Virus record (IMG/VR): IMGVR_UViG_3300032218_003378
Location: 1 to 56,420 of that record
DNA length: 56,420 nt
Strand: one strand, 5' to 3'
Origin: a virus
Taxonomy: Duplodnaviria > Caudoviricetes
The notes under the pieces were generated by a model. It saw nothing but the letters and a program-made list of their open reading frames with translations, was not told where the DNA came from and did not search any database. Shown here one piece after another: positions 36,934-45,772 of this stretch. The stretch's first letter is position 1. Every line of letters begins with the position of its first letter. Position numbers and translations under genes: made by a program.

Positions 36934-39900
36934 TGGCAAGAAAAGTAATATTAGAAACGGCGTATACATTTACTCCATCTACAAAAACAATAGTTATTCC
37001 AAGATACATTGCACAAGAAAGACTTGCACTTATCACTAATGTTACTACTGGTAAAGTCATTTATAATTTTTCTGATCCAAGTTTAAAAGCAACATCTTAT
37101 TCTTCAGTTGTAACAGGTGCGACGGGACTAACAACAATTGTTCTAAATTATAGCACTACAACAATGTCATCAACAGATAAACTCCAAATTGTAGTAGATG
37201 AATTTGTAGAAAAATTTGAACCATCGGAGTCTCAGTTAGACCCAGTTAATAAACTTAGAACATCACAGCCACAAGCATTAATTGATACAGATTTTGAATA
37301 TAGCGTTCAAAATACAAAGTGGGAATCTGTATCATTAACTAATAATAAACCAAGTTTTTATTTTCCACCAACTGCATTACCTAACATTTCAGCAATTGCA
37401 ATACCTCAAAACTCAAAAACAGTTACAGTTACAACGGGTGCGGTTGCACACGGACTTTCAGTTGGAACCCCAGTACTTATTCAGGATACAATTTTTCCAA
37501 TTGCAAATGGTATTTTTATTATTGAAACAGTTCCAACAACAACAACTTTTACATATTCCGCAAAATCAGTAAATATATCTGCGACAACAGCAATTTATGA
37601 TGCTTCAAAGACGTTAGTATTTACAGGACAACCTTATTTAGCTTCTCAAATTGGTATGGCAACCCCATCATCAATTACTTATGCATCAGGAACAGGATTG
37701 ACAACAATTACAACAGCAACACCACATGGTCTTGCAATTGGTAATGAGATTGCAGTTACGGGATCCTCTGGACTTTCAAGTGGAACATCTGTAGATGGCA
37801 ATTGGGTAGTTGCTCAAGTAACAAGTCCATCAACATTTACATATTATGGACCTGCAACAGGTCTAACAGGAACAGTAGTTGTTAACCCAACTGCAACAAC
37901 TTCTACACAAGCAACAATAGGAGCAACAACAATTGTGGTTGTATCAGCAACAAGTATTAAAATTGGAATGTTAGTTACTGCAGCAGGTATACCGTCATAC
38001 ACAACTGTAACGGCAATTTCAGGAACAACAATTACACTTTCTCAAGGAACTACGGCTGCACTTGCTGCAACTACAACAACATTTTCAATGGCAGTGTATC
38101 CAAGGCCACAAGGTCAAGTTGTTCATAGATCATTTGATGGTGGAGTTCTATTTGGAAATAATTCATTATCTGCAAATCAATCAACAATTCGTCAAACACG
38201 TCGTTATTTCCGTTACCAATCAGGTAAAGGAATTCAAATGTCAACTGGAACAATTTTAAAGCCATATGCAAGTGTTGATAATATAAGTTCATCTGGTACT
38301 ACAGTAACAGTGCAAACAAGAGAAGCACATAGCATTACTCCAGGTACATCAATTACTGTATCAAACGTAAATGAATCAGGATACAATGGAACATATACTG
38401 TTTCTGCAGTAACTGCTGCTAATAAATTTACATATACAGGCACACCATCTACAACATATGCATCGGGTAATTATGGAGTTGCAGTAAATTCTTGGTCTGG
38501 ATCATCTACTAGATTAGGTGCTTTTGATTTACAAAATGGTATTTTTTGGGAATTTGATGGATCTACTTTATATGCAGTTCGTCGTAATTCAATTTTTCAA
38601 ATTGGTGGTCGTGTATCTGTAACAACGGGATCTACTACTGTAGCGCAAACTTCATCTGATTATCCAACTACATTTACAAAACAAATTAACCCAGGTGATT
38701 TTATTGTAATTCGTGGACAGTCTTATCGTGTAACAGATGTTATTTCTGACACAACACTATACATTAGCCAGGCATATCGTGGCGTAACTTCAACTAATGT
38801 TATTGTTTCAAAAACACAAGATCTTAAGATTCCAGCATCATCATTTAATATTGATAAATTAGATGGTACAGGTCCTTCAGGATATAATATTGATCTTACA
38901 AAAATGCAAATGTTTTATATTGATTATTCTTGGTACGGAGCAGGTTTTATTCGTTGGGGCGTAAGAGGTTCAAATGGAGATGTTATCTACGTACACAAAT
39001 TAGCAAATAACAATGTAAATACAGAAGCTTATATGCGTTCTGGAAACCTTCCAGCACACTATGAAGCAACAAGTATTTCTCCAACAACTAAACTTACTGC
39101 AAATGTTGGTGCTACAGATACAACTTTAACAGTTGCTGATAATACATATTTTCCTTCAGCAGGTACTTTAAAACTTACCGCAGCAACAACGACAACAGCA
39201 GCAACAATTGAATATGTTAACTACACAGGAAAGTCGGGTACAACTGGATTTACTGGTTTAACCCGTGCACAGGCAGGTGCTGCTGCACAAACATTAACAG
39301 CAACAGCTAACACTTCTTCTGGAACAGTATCTGCTGCAACAGGTATTCAAGTAGGACAACGTGTAGTAAGTACTACATCTCCTTCTCCAATACCAGACAA
39401 TACATTTGTTACAGCAATTAATGGTACAGCAATTACTTTAAGTCAAGCAGTAACTGCTACTAACCCATCAGTAATATTTGTTGCACCCGCAACTACAACA
39501 GGACAAGCATTTAATATTACAACAACTCCAATAGTTGTAGTTGAACTTGCTCAACCAACATTTGCCCCAGCAGTATCACACTGGGGATCTTCAGTAATAA
39601 TGGATGGTCGTTTTGATGATGATAAATCTCTTATCTTTACTTATGGTCAAACAACATTTTCTACTATTGCTTCAGGTGTATCCAAGGCATTATTTTCAAT
39701 ACGTTTGGCACCGTCAGTAGATTCTGGAATTGCTGCAAATTTTTCAGTGCGTGAAATTATTAATAGAATGCAGTTAAAATTAACTGCTCTTGATATTACC
39801 ACAAAGACAGCTGGTTCAAATATGCTTATTCGTGCATATTTAAATGCTACTCCTTCTCTTTCAACATCATGGACAAATGCTGTTGGTGGTGTGTCGGGAA

Positions 39901-40181
39901 TAACTAATTCCTCAATTGCACAAATTGCAGATTATGGAACTGTTGCAACAACAGTAACTGGCGGTGAAGTAACTGGTGGTTATTTTGTGGCAACTACTGG
40001 AGCAACAGACTTAACATCGCTTCGTGACCTTGGAAATTCAATTCTTGGCGGAGGAACGGGTCAAGCAAATGCGGGTATTTATCCAGATGGTCCAGATACA
40101 CTTACAATTGTTGTAACTAATATTGGTGCAGCATCAGTTGATGTACTTGGAAGATTATCTTGGACAGAAGCTCAGGCATAA
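36933..40181 (+). CDS. Tail fibre-associated structural protein with repeated beta modules
   Basis: MARKVILET.YTF.P N-terminus; PQ.LIDTDFEY, RQTRRYFRYQSGKG and YIDYSWYGAG..R.G motifs; repeated TT..HG...G modules. Confidence 0.7.
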   Translation: MARKVILETAYTFTPSTKTIVIPRYIAQERLALITNVTTGKVIYNFSDPSLKATSYSSVVTGATGLTTIVLNYSTTTMSSTDKLQIVVDEFVEKFEPSESQLDPVNKLRTSQPQALIDTDFEYSVQNTKWESVSLTNNKPSFYFPPTALPNISAIAIPQNSKTVTVTTGAVAHGLSVGTPVLIQDTIFPIANGIFIIETVPTTTTFTYSAKSVNISATTAIYDASKTLVFTGQPYLASQIGMATPSSITYASGTGLTTITTATPHGLAIGNEIAVTGSSGLSSGTSVDGNWVVAQVTSPSTFTYYGPATGLTGTVVVNPTATTSTQATIGATTIVVVSATSIKIGMLVTAAGIPSYTTVTAISGTTITLSQGTTAALAATTTTFSMAVYPRPQGQVVHRSFDGGVLFGNNSLSANQSTIRQTRRYFRYQSGKGIQMSTGTILKPYASVDNISSSGTTVTVQTREAHSITPGTSITVSNVNESGYNGTYTVSAVTAANKFTYTGTPSTTYASGNYGVAVNSWSGSSTRLGAFDLQNGIFWEFDGSTLYAVRRNSIFQIGGRVSVTTGSTTVAQTSSDYPTTFTKQINPGDFIVIRGQSYRVTDVISDTTLYISQAYRGVTSTNVIVSKTQDLKIPASSFNIDKLDGTGPSGYNIDLTKMQMFYIDYSWYGAGFIRWGVRGSNGDVIYVHKLANNNVNTEAYMRSGNLPAHYEATSISPTTKLTANVGATDTTLTVADNTYFPSAGTLKLTAATTTTAATIEYVNYTGKSGTTGFTGLTRAQAGAAAQTLTATANTSSGTVSAATGIQVGQRVVSTTSPSPIPDNTFVTAINGTAITLSQAVTATNPSVIFVAPATTTGQAFNITTTPIVVVELAQPTFAPAVSHWGSSVIMDGRFDDDKSLIFTYGQTTFSTIASGVSKALFSIRLAPSVDSGIAANFSVREIINRMQLKLTALDITTKTAGSNMLIRAYLNATPSLSTSWTNAVGGVSGITNSSIAQIADYGTVATTVTGGEVTGGYFVATTGATDLTSLRDLGNSILGGGTGQANAGIYPDGPDTLTIVVTNIGAASVDVLGRLSWTEAQA

Positions 40182-40195
40182 AGTAAGGAAGTACA

Positions 40196-40975
40196 ATGGC
40201 TCTAAATAAATTAAACCACGATTATAGTGAGTCATTGGATGTTTCGTCTATAAATGTAGTTGACACTTCTAAATTAAATAATACAACATTGTCGGGTAGC
40301 ACAGTAATCAGTAGTGTTGCTAGCATGTATTTAAATGATACAAGTTCATTTTATTCAGTTCCCGCATATTTTTTAGCTGCTCAGTCAAATGGATCTGTTT
40401 CTAAGATAGCAGTTACATTTACAACTTCTACATCAACACCAACGGGTGGAAATCCAGGAGATATTGTTTTTGTTGTAGCGAGTGTTCCAGTTGCACCTAC
40501 TCCAACGCCTACGCCAACAGCCACTCCAACGCCTACGCCAACAGCTACGCCAACAGCTACGCCAACACCTACGCCAACAGACACGCCAACGCCTACTCCA
40601 ACGCCTACTCCAACGCCTACGCCAACAGCTACAGCTTCTTCTTGTACCCCTGGCGAGGTAGCAATTTCTGGTGCAGCAGGAAGTATATGTGCTTCATATA
40701 CTGGAGATTCTACATGTACTTCATGTAGGCAAATGCTTGTAACATTTGCTGACTGCACTACAACGACGTATTGGCAATGTACTGCAAATTCAACGCCTAC
40801 TCCAACGCCTACTCCAACGCCTACGCCAACAGCTACCCCTGCATATACACCAAATCCAGACGGGTATAATCATAGATGTGTTAACTCAGATGTTATTAAT
40901 GGTAAACCAGGTTGTTCTGCTATTAACGTATGTAGCTTTTATGGTAGCGGTAATACAACTGGATGCCCTTATTAA
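40196..40975 (+). CDS. Mucin-like Pro-Thr-repeat protein with two Cys-rich modules (putative fibre tip)
   Basis: ST.TPTGGNPGDI fibre motif, two PT tracts, 6-Cys and 4-Cys modules; TAAGGA RBS. Confidence 0.7.
   Translation: MALNKLNHDYSESLDVSSINVVDTSKLNNTTLSGSTVISSVASMYLNDTSSFYSVPAYFLAAQSNGSVSKIAVTFTTSTSTPTGGNPGDIVFVVASVPVAPTPTPTPTATPTPTPTATPTATPTPTPTDTPTPTPTPTPTPTPTATASSCTPGEVAISGAAGSICASYTGDSTCTSCRQMLVTFADCTTTTYWQCTANSTPTPTPTPTPTPTATPAYTPNPDGYNHRCVNSDVINGKPGCSAINVCSFYGSGNTTGCPY
40496..40633 (+). repeat. Degenerate PT/AT-encoding tandem repeat containing CCTACTCCAACG units
   Basis: Perfect units at 40496, 40592 and 40604. Confidence 0.9.
40791..40840 (+). repeat. Second PT-encoding tandem repeat in the same gene
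   Basis: Perfect units at 40796 and 40808. Confidence 0.9.
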
Positions 40976-40984
40976 AGGATATTT

Positions 40985-41926
40985 ATGTTTATAAATATAA
41001 ACAATTCATGGCAAACAGTAACAAAAATGTTTGTAAATGTTAACGGTTCATGGCAATCAACAGCAAAAGGCTATTCTAATATTAATGGCGTTTGGCAATT
41101 AATATATAATATAGTTACTACAATTACTGATACTTTTACTAGGACTACAAGCGGTAGCTTAGGAACTAGTGATAGTGGAACTCTATGGAATGCACTAAGG
41201 GGGGTATGGTCTGCAAATGGATCTCAGGCAACAAGTGCAGATACAGAATCAACATACCCAATTGCTTCGGCAACATTTGCTGCAGATGCTACTTTGTCTG
41301 CAGATGTAAGTGGTGGCACAGGATTAGCATTTTGGATAACAGATGCTAATAATTGGTGGGCTGCTTATCCAAATTATACAACTTCTACAGGATCATCTAC
41401 TTGTACAGGCGGGACTGTTTATTGTTATAGTGCTGGTTGTACACCAGGCGGAAGTTGCGGTACTATAAGTCAATCAGTAAGTTATTCATGTCCTTCTGGG
41501 TACTATGGTCCAAATTTTGATATTTTTGGTAATCCAATTTGTAATGATAATTTGAATCCTTTTAATACTATACCTGCAACTACAAGTTATACACGTTCTT
41601 CGGCATCATTGGTTGCAGGTGCTACCACTTATGATACTTATGTATCTATAATTAGTTCAGTATCTGGAACAGTAAATCTACAATCTACAGCACTTTTCTC
41701 AAGTGGTTCTGGTTCATTAAACCCTGTCGGTTCTTTAAGAGTAATAATTTCTGGAAATCAAATTACAACAAGGGCATATAATGGAACGGGGTTGACAAGT
41801 CAAATGGGATCTGATAATATTATTGTTGTATCTAGTCCAGCAATTACAGCAACATCTGTTGGTATTATTAAGGCACCATGTACTTATTTACAAGGCAATA
41901 CAATTGATAATTTTTCAGCAACTTAA
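40985..41926 (+). CDS. Putative fibre tip/receptor-binding protein with Cys-rich insert
   Basis: Three N-terminal .N[IV]N..WQ repeats, DTFTR...LGT..SG..W lectin-like start, central 6-Cys segment. Confidence 0.65.
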   Translation: MFININNSWQTVTKMFVNVNGSWQSTAKGYSNINGVWQLIYNIVTTITDTFTRTTSGSLGTSDSGTLWNALRGVWSANGSQATSADTESTYPIASATFAADATLSADVSGGTGLAFWITDANNWWAAYPNYTTSTGSSTCTGGTVYCYSAGCTPGGSCGTISQSVSYSCPSGYYGPNFDIFGNPICNDNLNPFNTIPATTSYTRSSASLVAGATTYDTYVSIISSVSGTVNLQSTALFSSGSGSLNPVGSLRVIISGNQITTRAYNGTGLTSQMGSDNIIVVSSPAITATSVGIIKAPCTYLQGNTIDNFSAT

Positions 41927-41940
41927 AGATAGGAAAATGT

Positions 41941-42183
41941 ATGACAGATCCATTTGATAGACCAGCCAGACCTTGGGATTTATTTAATAAAAATCTTGGT
42001 CGTGTTGAAACAATTATAGCGGAAGAACGATATGCTATTTGTAAAGAATGTCCATTTTTGTTACCAACTGGTAACTGCAGTAAATGTGGTTGTGTTATGC
42101 AATTAAAAACTAAGCTTCCAAATGCAGAATGTCCTGAACATAAATGGGGACAAGTTCGTGTATCATATAAAGAAGAGGAATAA
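41941..42183 (+). CDS. Small Cys-rich metal-binding protein (DUF6171-like)
   Basis: RY.ICxxC...CxxCGC...K......CP..KW pattern; family name from recall, unverified. Confidence 0.6.
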   Translation: MTDPFDRPARPWDLFNKNLGRVETIIAEERYAICKECPFLLPTGNCSKCGCVMQLKTKLPNAECPEHKWGQVRVSYKEEE

Positions 42184-42185
42184 TA

Positions 42186-43295
42186 ATGTCAGATCAAACA
42201 AATCAAAACAAAGTACCATCAAATAAACTTGCATATATTATTGACGGGAAGGTGCTAGATGTTCTTCATACAGACGATAGACTTTCTGCAATTATGCTTA
42301 GTGAACCAATTATAGTTGATGTTACAGATTTTTATAAAGATAAAGATCAATCGTTTAACATTGTTAACTGGGATTTTGATGGAGAAAATTTTATACCTCC
42401 CGCATCGGCACCATATCAATATCCAGTGATAAGCAATGAATCTATTTTAATATCAATAGCATCATATAGGGATCCAGAATTAAAAGATACAATGGTTTCT
42501 GCAATTGAAAATGCAGAAAATCCAAAAAGATTGCACTTCTCTGTAGTATCTCAAGCTGATGATAATGAACATCCAGATTTTTCTGACATAGAAAATTTAG
42601 TTGGCGGAATTTATTATTATAAAATAAACTATAAAGAATCAAAGGGTGCATGTTGGGCTAGGTCTATGGCACAAGAACAATTAAATCTTTCATATAACTA
42701 TTTCTTACAAATAGATAGTCATATGAAATTCCCAAAATCTTGGGATTCAAATGTTATATCAAGCTATAAAGAATCTAAGAAAAAATGGTATAGATTAATC
42801 TATACTACATACGTGTATCCTTATTCTTATAAAGATGGGAAAATAGAATATTTTTCTTCTAATACCCCCACTGCTGTACGCTTAAAGAAAAGTTTAGGGG
42901 AAGTACCATTTGAAGGTACATATAAAGATTATGCTGGAGATGTGTTTGGAGAGAAAACAAATTATTTTTCAGGTCACTTTGCATTTGGAGAATCAGCATT
43001 GTTTATAGAAACTCCATATGATAAATCCCTATATTTTTCAGGAGAAGAACCAACATTATCAGCTAGATTTAATGATAAGGATGTTAATTTAATTATACCT
43101 CCTAAAAACTTTGCCTATCATAGATATGATAGGGTTGGAAGAAGCATGCATTGGGAAGACCATCAAGAGTGGTGGAAAATGGATCAATCTTCTAAGAATA
43201 GATTAAAGCTATTTTTTGACGGGGAGTACCTTGATGGATATGGAGTTTCAAGTATTGAAAAATTAAATGCTTGGAAAGCTACAGCGATTGATTAA
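42186..43295 (+). CDS. GT60-like (GlcNAc transferase, GT-A fold) glycosyltransferase fused to N-terminal fibre-assembly-like domain
   Basis: I.ISIASYRDPE, SKGACWAR, YFLQIDSH..F...WD, F.GHF.FG, PYD..LYF.GEE..LS.R and YH.Y motifs from aa ~86; aa 1-75 end in W.FDG..F.PP. Confidence 0.85.
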   Translation: MSDQTNQNKVPSNKLAYIIDGKVLDVLHTDDRLSAIMLSEPIIVDVTDFYKDKDQSFNIVNWDFDGENFIPPASAPYQYPVISNESILISIASYRDPELKDTMVSAIENAENPKRLHFSVVSQADDNEHPDFSDIENLVGGIYYYKINYKESKGACWARSMAQEQLNLSYNYFLQIDSHMKFPKSWDSNVISSYKESKKKWYRLIYTTYVYPYSYKDGKIEYFSSNTPTAVRLKKSLGEVPFEGTYKDYAGDVFGEKTNYFSGHFAFGESALFIETPYDKSLYFSGEEPTLSARFNDKDVNLIIPPKNFAYHRYDRVGRSMHWEDHQEWWKMDQSSKNRLKLFFDGEYLDGYGVSSIEKLNAWKATAID

Positions 43296-43316
43296 AAGCT
43301 ATAGATGTGATACAAT
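43288..43316 (+). promoter_or_regulatory. Promoter TTGATT-N17-TACAAT with extended TG
   Basis: -35 at 43288-43293; TGATACAAT at 43308-43316. Confidence 0.65.
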
Positions 43317-43339
43317 GAATATAACTAGAAAGGTTACAA

Positions 43340-43498
43340 ATGGATAAAGCAGAGCTAGTAATTACAGCACTACAACAGCGTATTGGAGAGATTGTTTCAA
43401 ACTATGAGACTCAAGTCGCTATTCTTCGTGCAGAGATTACACAACTTATGGATCAACAGAATAATACTGATGCGCCTATTTCAAAAGAAGCAAAGTAA
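43340..43498 (+). CDS. Small coiled-coil hypothetical protein (52 aa; absent from supplied ORF track)
   Basis: AGAAAGG RBS; MDKAELVITALQQRIGEIVSNYETQVAILRAEITQLMDQQNNTDAPISKEAK*. Confidence 0.75.
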   Translation: MDKAELVITALQQRIGEIVSNYETQVAILRAEITQLMDQQNNTDAPISKEAK

Positions 43499-43868
43499 AA
43501 AAGCATATAATCCAGTAGTGCCAAGTGGTTTAATTGCTAAAACAGAAAAAGGCTATTTTTATATTAAAAATAAAAAGAAGTTTAAATTTGTTTCTGACAG
43601 AGCAATGACCTCTTGGTCATTACCAATTATAGAAACTAAAGATGCAATGTTATCTGGGTATAACCTTTTCGGATCCCTTGGATTTAGAGACGGGACTTTG
43701 GTAAAAGACATATCAGATGGTAAAATATATCTTATAAGCGATTCAAAGCGTAGGCATATTACAGAGCCAGATATCTTAGAATGGTTAAATACAGAAATTA
43801 TATCAGTAGGGCAGAAAGAAATTTTAGCCCATGAAGAAGGAGAAGATTTAGATGGCAATATCAATTGA
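43470..43868 (+). CDS. Hypothetical protein with two internal G.L.K...Y.I...K[KR] repeats
   Basis: Start revised to ATG 43470; repeats PSGLIAKTEKGYFYIKNKKKF and RDGTLVKDISDGKIYLISDSKRR. Confidence 0.65.
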   Translation: MRLFQKKQSKKAYNPVVPSGLIAKTEKGYFYIKNKKKFKFVSDRAMTSWSLPIIETKDAMLSGYNLFGSLGFRDGTLVKDISDGKIYLISDSKRRHITEPDILEWLNTEIISVGQKEILAHEEGEDLDGNIN

Positions 43869-44298
43869 TAATGCAATTATTGATTTTGGAACTATAAGTA
43901 ATATTATTACTACATTAAATGCTCATGAAGATCAATTTACAGCATTTGAATCAGAGCCAATGCTCACATATACAGATTCAGCAACAAATACATCACCAAT
44001 GTCCTATAATGTTATTTCAATTAAAGTTGCTGGTGTTAGAGTAAATGGAAATATTGGAGATAGCATACCAGTAAATTTTGGAACTACATTTAGCACTCCC
44101 CCTGTAGTTATTGCTACAGTTGAAGCAAGTACTTCTTCTAAGTCCACTGGACTAATAGCACAAATTTTACCTACTGGCTCAGGTGCTGGATATACCGCAG
44201 CAAGTTTGACGGGAACATCTGTAGTGGTAGTTGATGCTTACAATGCAAAAAATACTAATCAGGTAACAGTAAATATTTTGGCAATTGGTCAAAAGTAG
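43852..44298 (+). CDS. Small virion protein with H-type-lectin/gp53-like C-terminal domain
   Basis: VNFG.TF..PP.V.AT ... VN.LAIG pattern; AGGAG RBS. Confidence 0.55.
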   Translation: MAISIDNAIIDFGTISNIITTLNAHEDQFTAFESEPMLTYTDSATNTSPMSYNVISIKVAGVRVNGNIGDSIPVNFGTTFSTPPVVIATVEASTSSKSTGLIAQILPTGSGAGYTAASLTGTSVVVVDAYNAKNTNQVTVNILAIGQK

Positions 44299-44301
44299 CA
44301 A

Positions 44302-44562
44302 ATGTATCAGCCTATCAAAGCTTGGGTAAAGCGTGATAGGAAAATTAGCCGTGAAGGATATGTTCTGATCAAAGTTCCAGAACACCCTAAATCATTTAAA
44401 GGCTGGTATTACGAACATCGTTTAATTTTAGAAAAACAATTAAATAGAGTTATTGATGATTGGGAAACAATACATCATATTAATGAAGATAAAACTGATA
44501 ATAGATTAGTTAATCTTTTTCTATGTTCAAGATTAGAGCATAATAAAGCACACGTTGCTTGA
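44302..44562 (+). CDS. HNH endonuclease (HNH_3 type)
   Basis: GYV.I..P.HP, EHR, IHHINEDKTDNR..NL, EH...H. Confidence 0.85.
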   Translation: MYQPIKAWVKRDRKISREGYVLIKVPEHPKSFKGWYYEHRLILEKQLNRVIDDWETIHHINEDKTDNRLVNLFLCSRLEHNKAHVA

Positions 44563-44588
44563 CAGATAATAACAAAGTAGGATACAAT
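44559..44588 (+). promoter_or_regulatory. Sigma70/SigA-type promoter TTGACA-N18-TACAAT
   Basis: Consensus -35 at 44559-44564, -10 at 44583-44588, then AGAAAGG RBS. Confidence 0.75.
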
Positions 44589-44614
44589 TAATTAAACCCC
44601 CAGAAAGGGATTAA

Positions 44615-45370
44615 ATGACAAACGATTTAAAATGGATGATGGTGTCAGATGTACACTTTCCAAGACATGACGAAAGAAAAGTAGAGCTTTTTCTTAAAGT
44701 TATGAAATGGTGGCAGCCAGATGCGGTTGATCTGCTTGGCGATATTGATGATGCTGATTCCACAAGCCGTTGGGCTGATGGAACTCCAGATGAACTTACT
44801 TCTATTATGGAAGGCGGAGTTGCTGGAACTAGACAGTTCCTTGGGGACATTAGAGAAATTGTTCCAAATGCAGATTGTCATTTTCATGATGGAAATCATG
44901 GATGGACAAGACATGGAGATTACCTTGCAAAAAAGGCTCCGACGTTTCTAGATTTCGTTACACCAGATACACTCTACGAATATACAAAGCATGGCTTTAA
45001 TTGGCATCATTATAATGAACCACCAGTTAAACGTTTTGGCGACATGTATGGTCATCACGGCGAGTCCATTTCTAAACACTCTGGAGAATCAGTACGTAAC
45101 GATGTAAACAACTGGGGTATTTCCCTAGTTCGTGGACACTCTCATCGCATGGGAGCTTATTTTCAAACATACAACCTAAGTGGTCAAGAACTACGTGGAT
45201 ATGAAATTGGGCACTTATGCGATGAAACAAAAATGGATTATTCTATTCAGAAAAACTGGCAAGCAGGATTTGCAATAGCCCACGTGGTTAATGATTATCC
45301 TCACATGCAGTTAATTCAAATCACAAGAGATTATACTTGCGTGGTGGATGGAAAAGTCTTTTCTGTCTAA
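44615..45370 (+). CDS. Calcineurin-like metallophosphoesterase
   Basis: SDxH, GDxxD, GNH, HG and GHxH motifs all present in order. Confidence 0.9.
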   Translation: MTNDLKWMMVSDVHFPRHDERKVELFLKVMKWWQPDAVDLLGDIDDADSTSRWADGTPDELTSIMEGGVAGTRQFLGDIREIVPNADCHFHDGNHGWTRHGDYLAKKAPTFLDFVTPDTLYEYTKHGFNWHHYNEPPVKRFGDMYGHHGESISKHSGESVRNDVNNWGISLVRGHSHRMGAYFQTYNLSGQELRGYEIGHLCDETKMDYSIQKNWQAGFAIAHVVNDYPHMQLIQITRDYTCVVDGKVFSV

Positions 45371-45385
45371 CTTATAAGGAGAAAA

Positions 45386-45763
45386 ATGACAGCAGTAGTA
45401 TATGCATTGGTAGGTCTAGTAGTTGTACTACTTACCTCTTTGCTAAAAAAAGAATCATGGTCAGCAAAAACTAATCAGATTCTAGCAACAATACTAAGCA
45501 CCGTTGGTGGATTAGTAACAATTTATTTTCAAAAGGGTGAAAGTGCAACACTGTCCAATACAGTGCAACACTCAGCAATCCTGCTAGCATCAGCACAATT
45601 AATTTATTCACTTGGTCTAAAAGATACTGCAGTTAATGCTTATCTTTCAAGCTTAAATATTCTTGGCGCAGGTGTAAAGTCTGACAAGTCAGTTGAAGAA
45701 GCAATTGCTCAAGTAGCAGTAGCAGCAAAAAAGTCAACTAAGAAAGCTTCTGCGAAGAAGTAA
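45386..45763 (+). CDS. Holin-like membrane protein
   Basis: 125 aa with 2-3 hydrophobic segments and a basic C-terminus (KKSTKKASAKK); TAAGGAG RBS. Confidence 0.55.
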   Translation: MTAVVYALVGLVVVLLTSLLKKESWSAKTNQILATILSTVGGLVTIYFQKGESATLSNTVQHSAILLASAQLIYSLGLKDTAVNAYLSSLNILGAGVKSDKSVEEAIAQVAVAAKKSTKKASAKK

Positions 45764-45772
45764 TTAATAATA

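Noticed and set aside
40381-40758. Minus-strand ORF with GVGVGV repeats
   Set aside because: Antisense shadow of the PT repeat gene
31479-40840. Tandem repeats as a CRISPR array
   Set aside because: 12-bp head-to-tail units with no unique spacers, in frame within genes, encoding Pro-Thr
43383-43469. N-terminal extension of ORF 43383-43868
   Set aside because: Overlaps the better-supported 43340-43498 gene; ATG 43470 is more plausible
44302-44562. HNH gene as a terminase-associated packaging nuclease or intron-encoded ORF
   Set aside because: No adjacent terminase and no interrupted host gene; best read as a free-standing HNH_3 endonuclease
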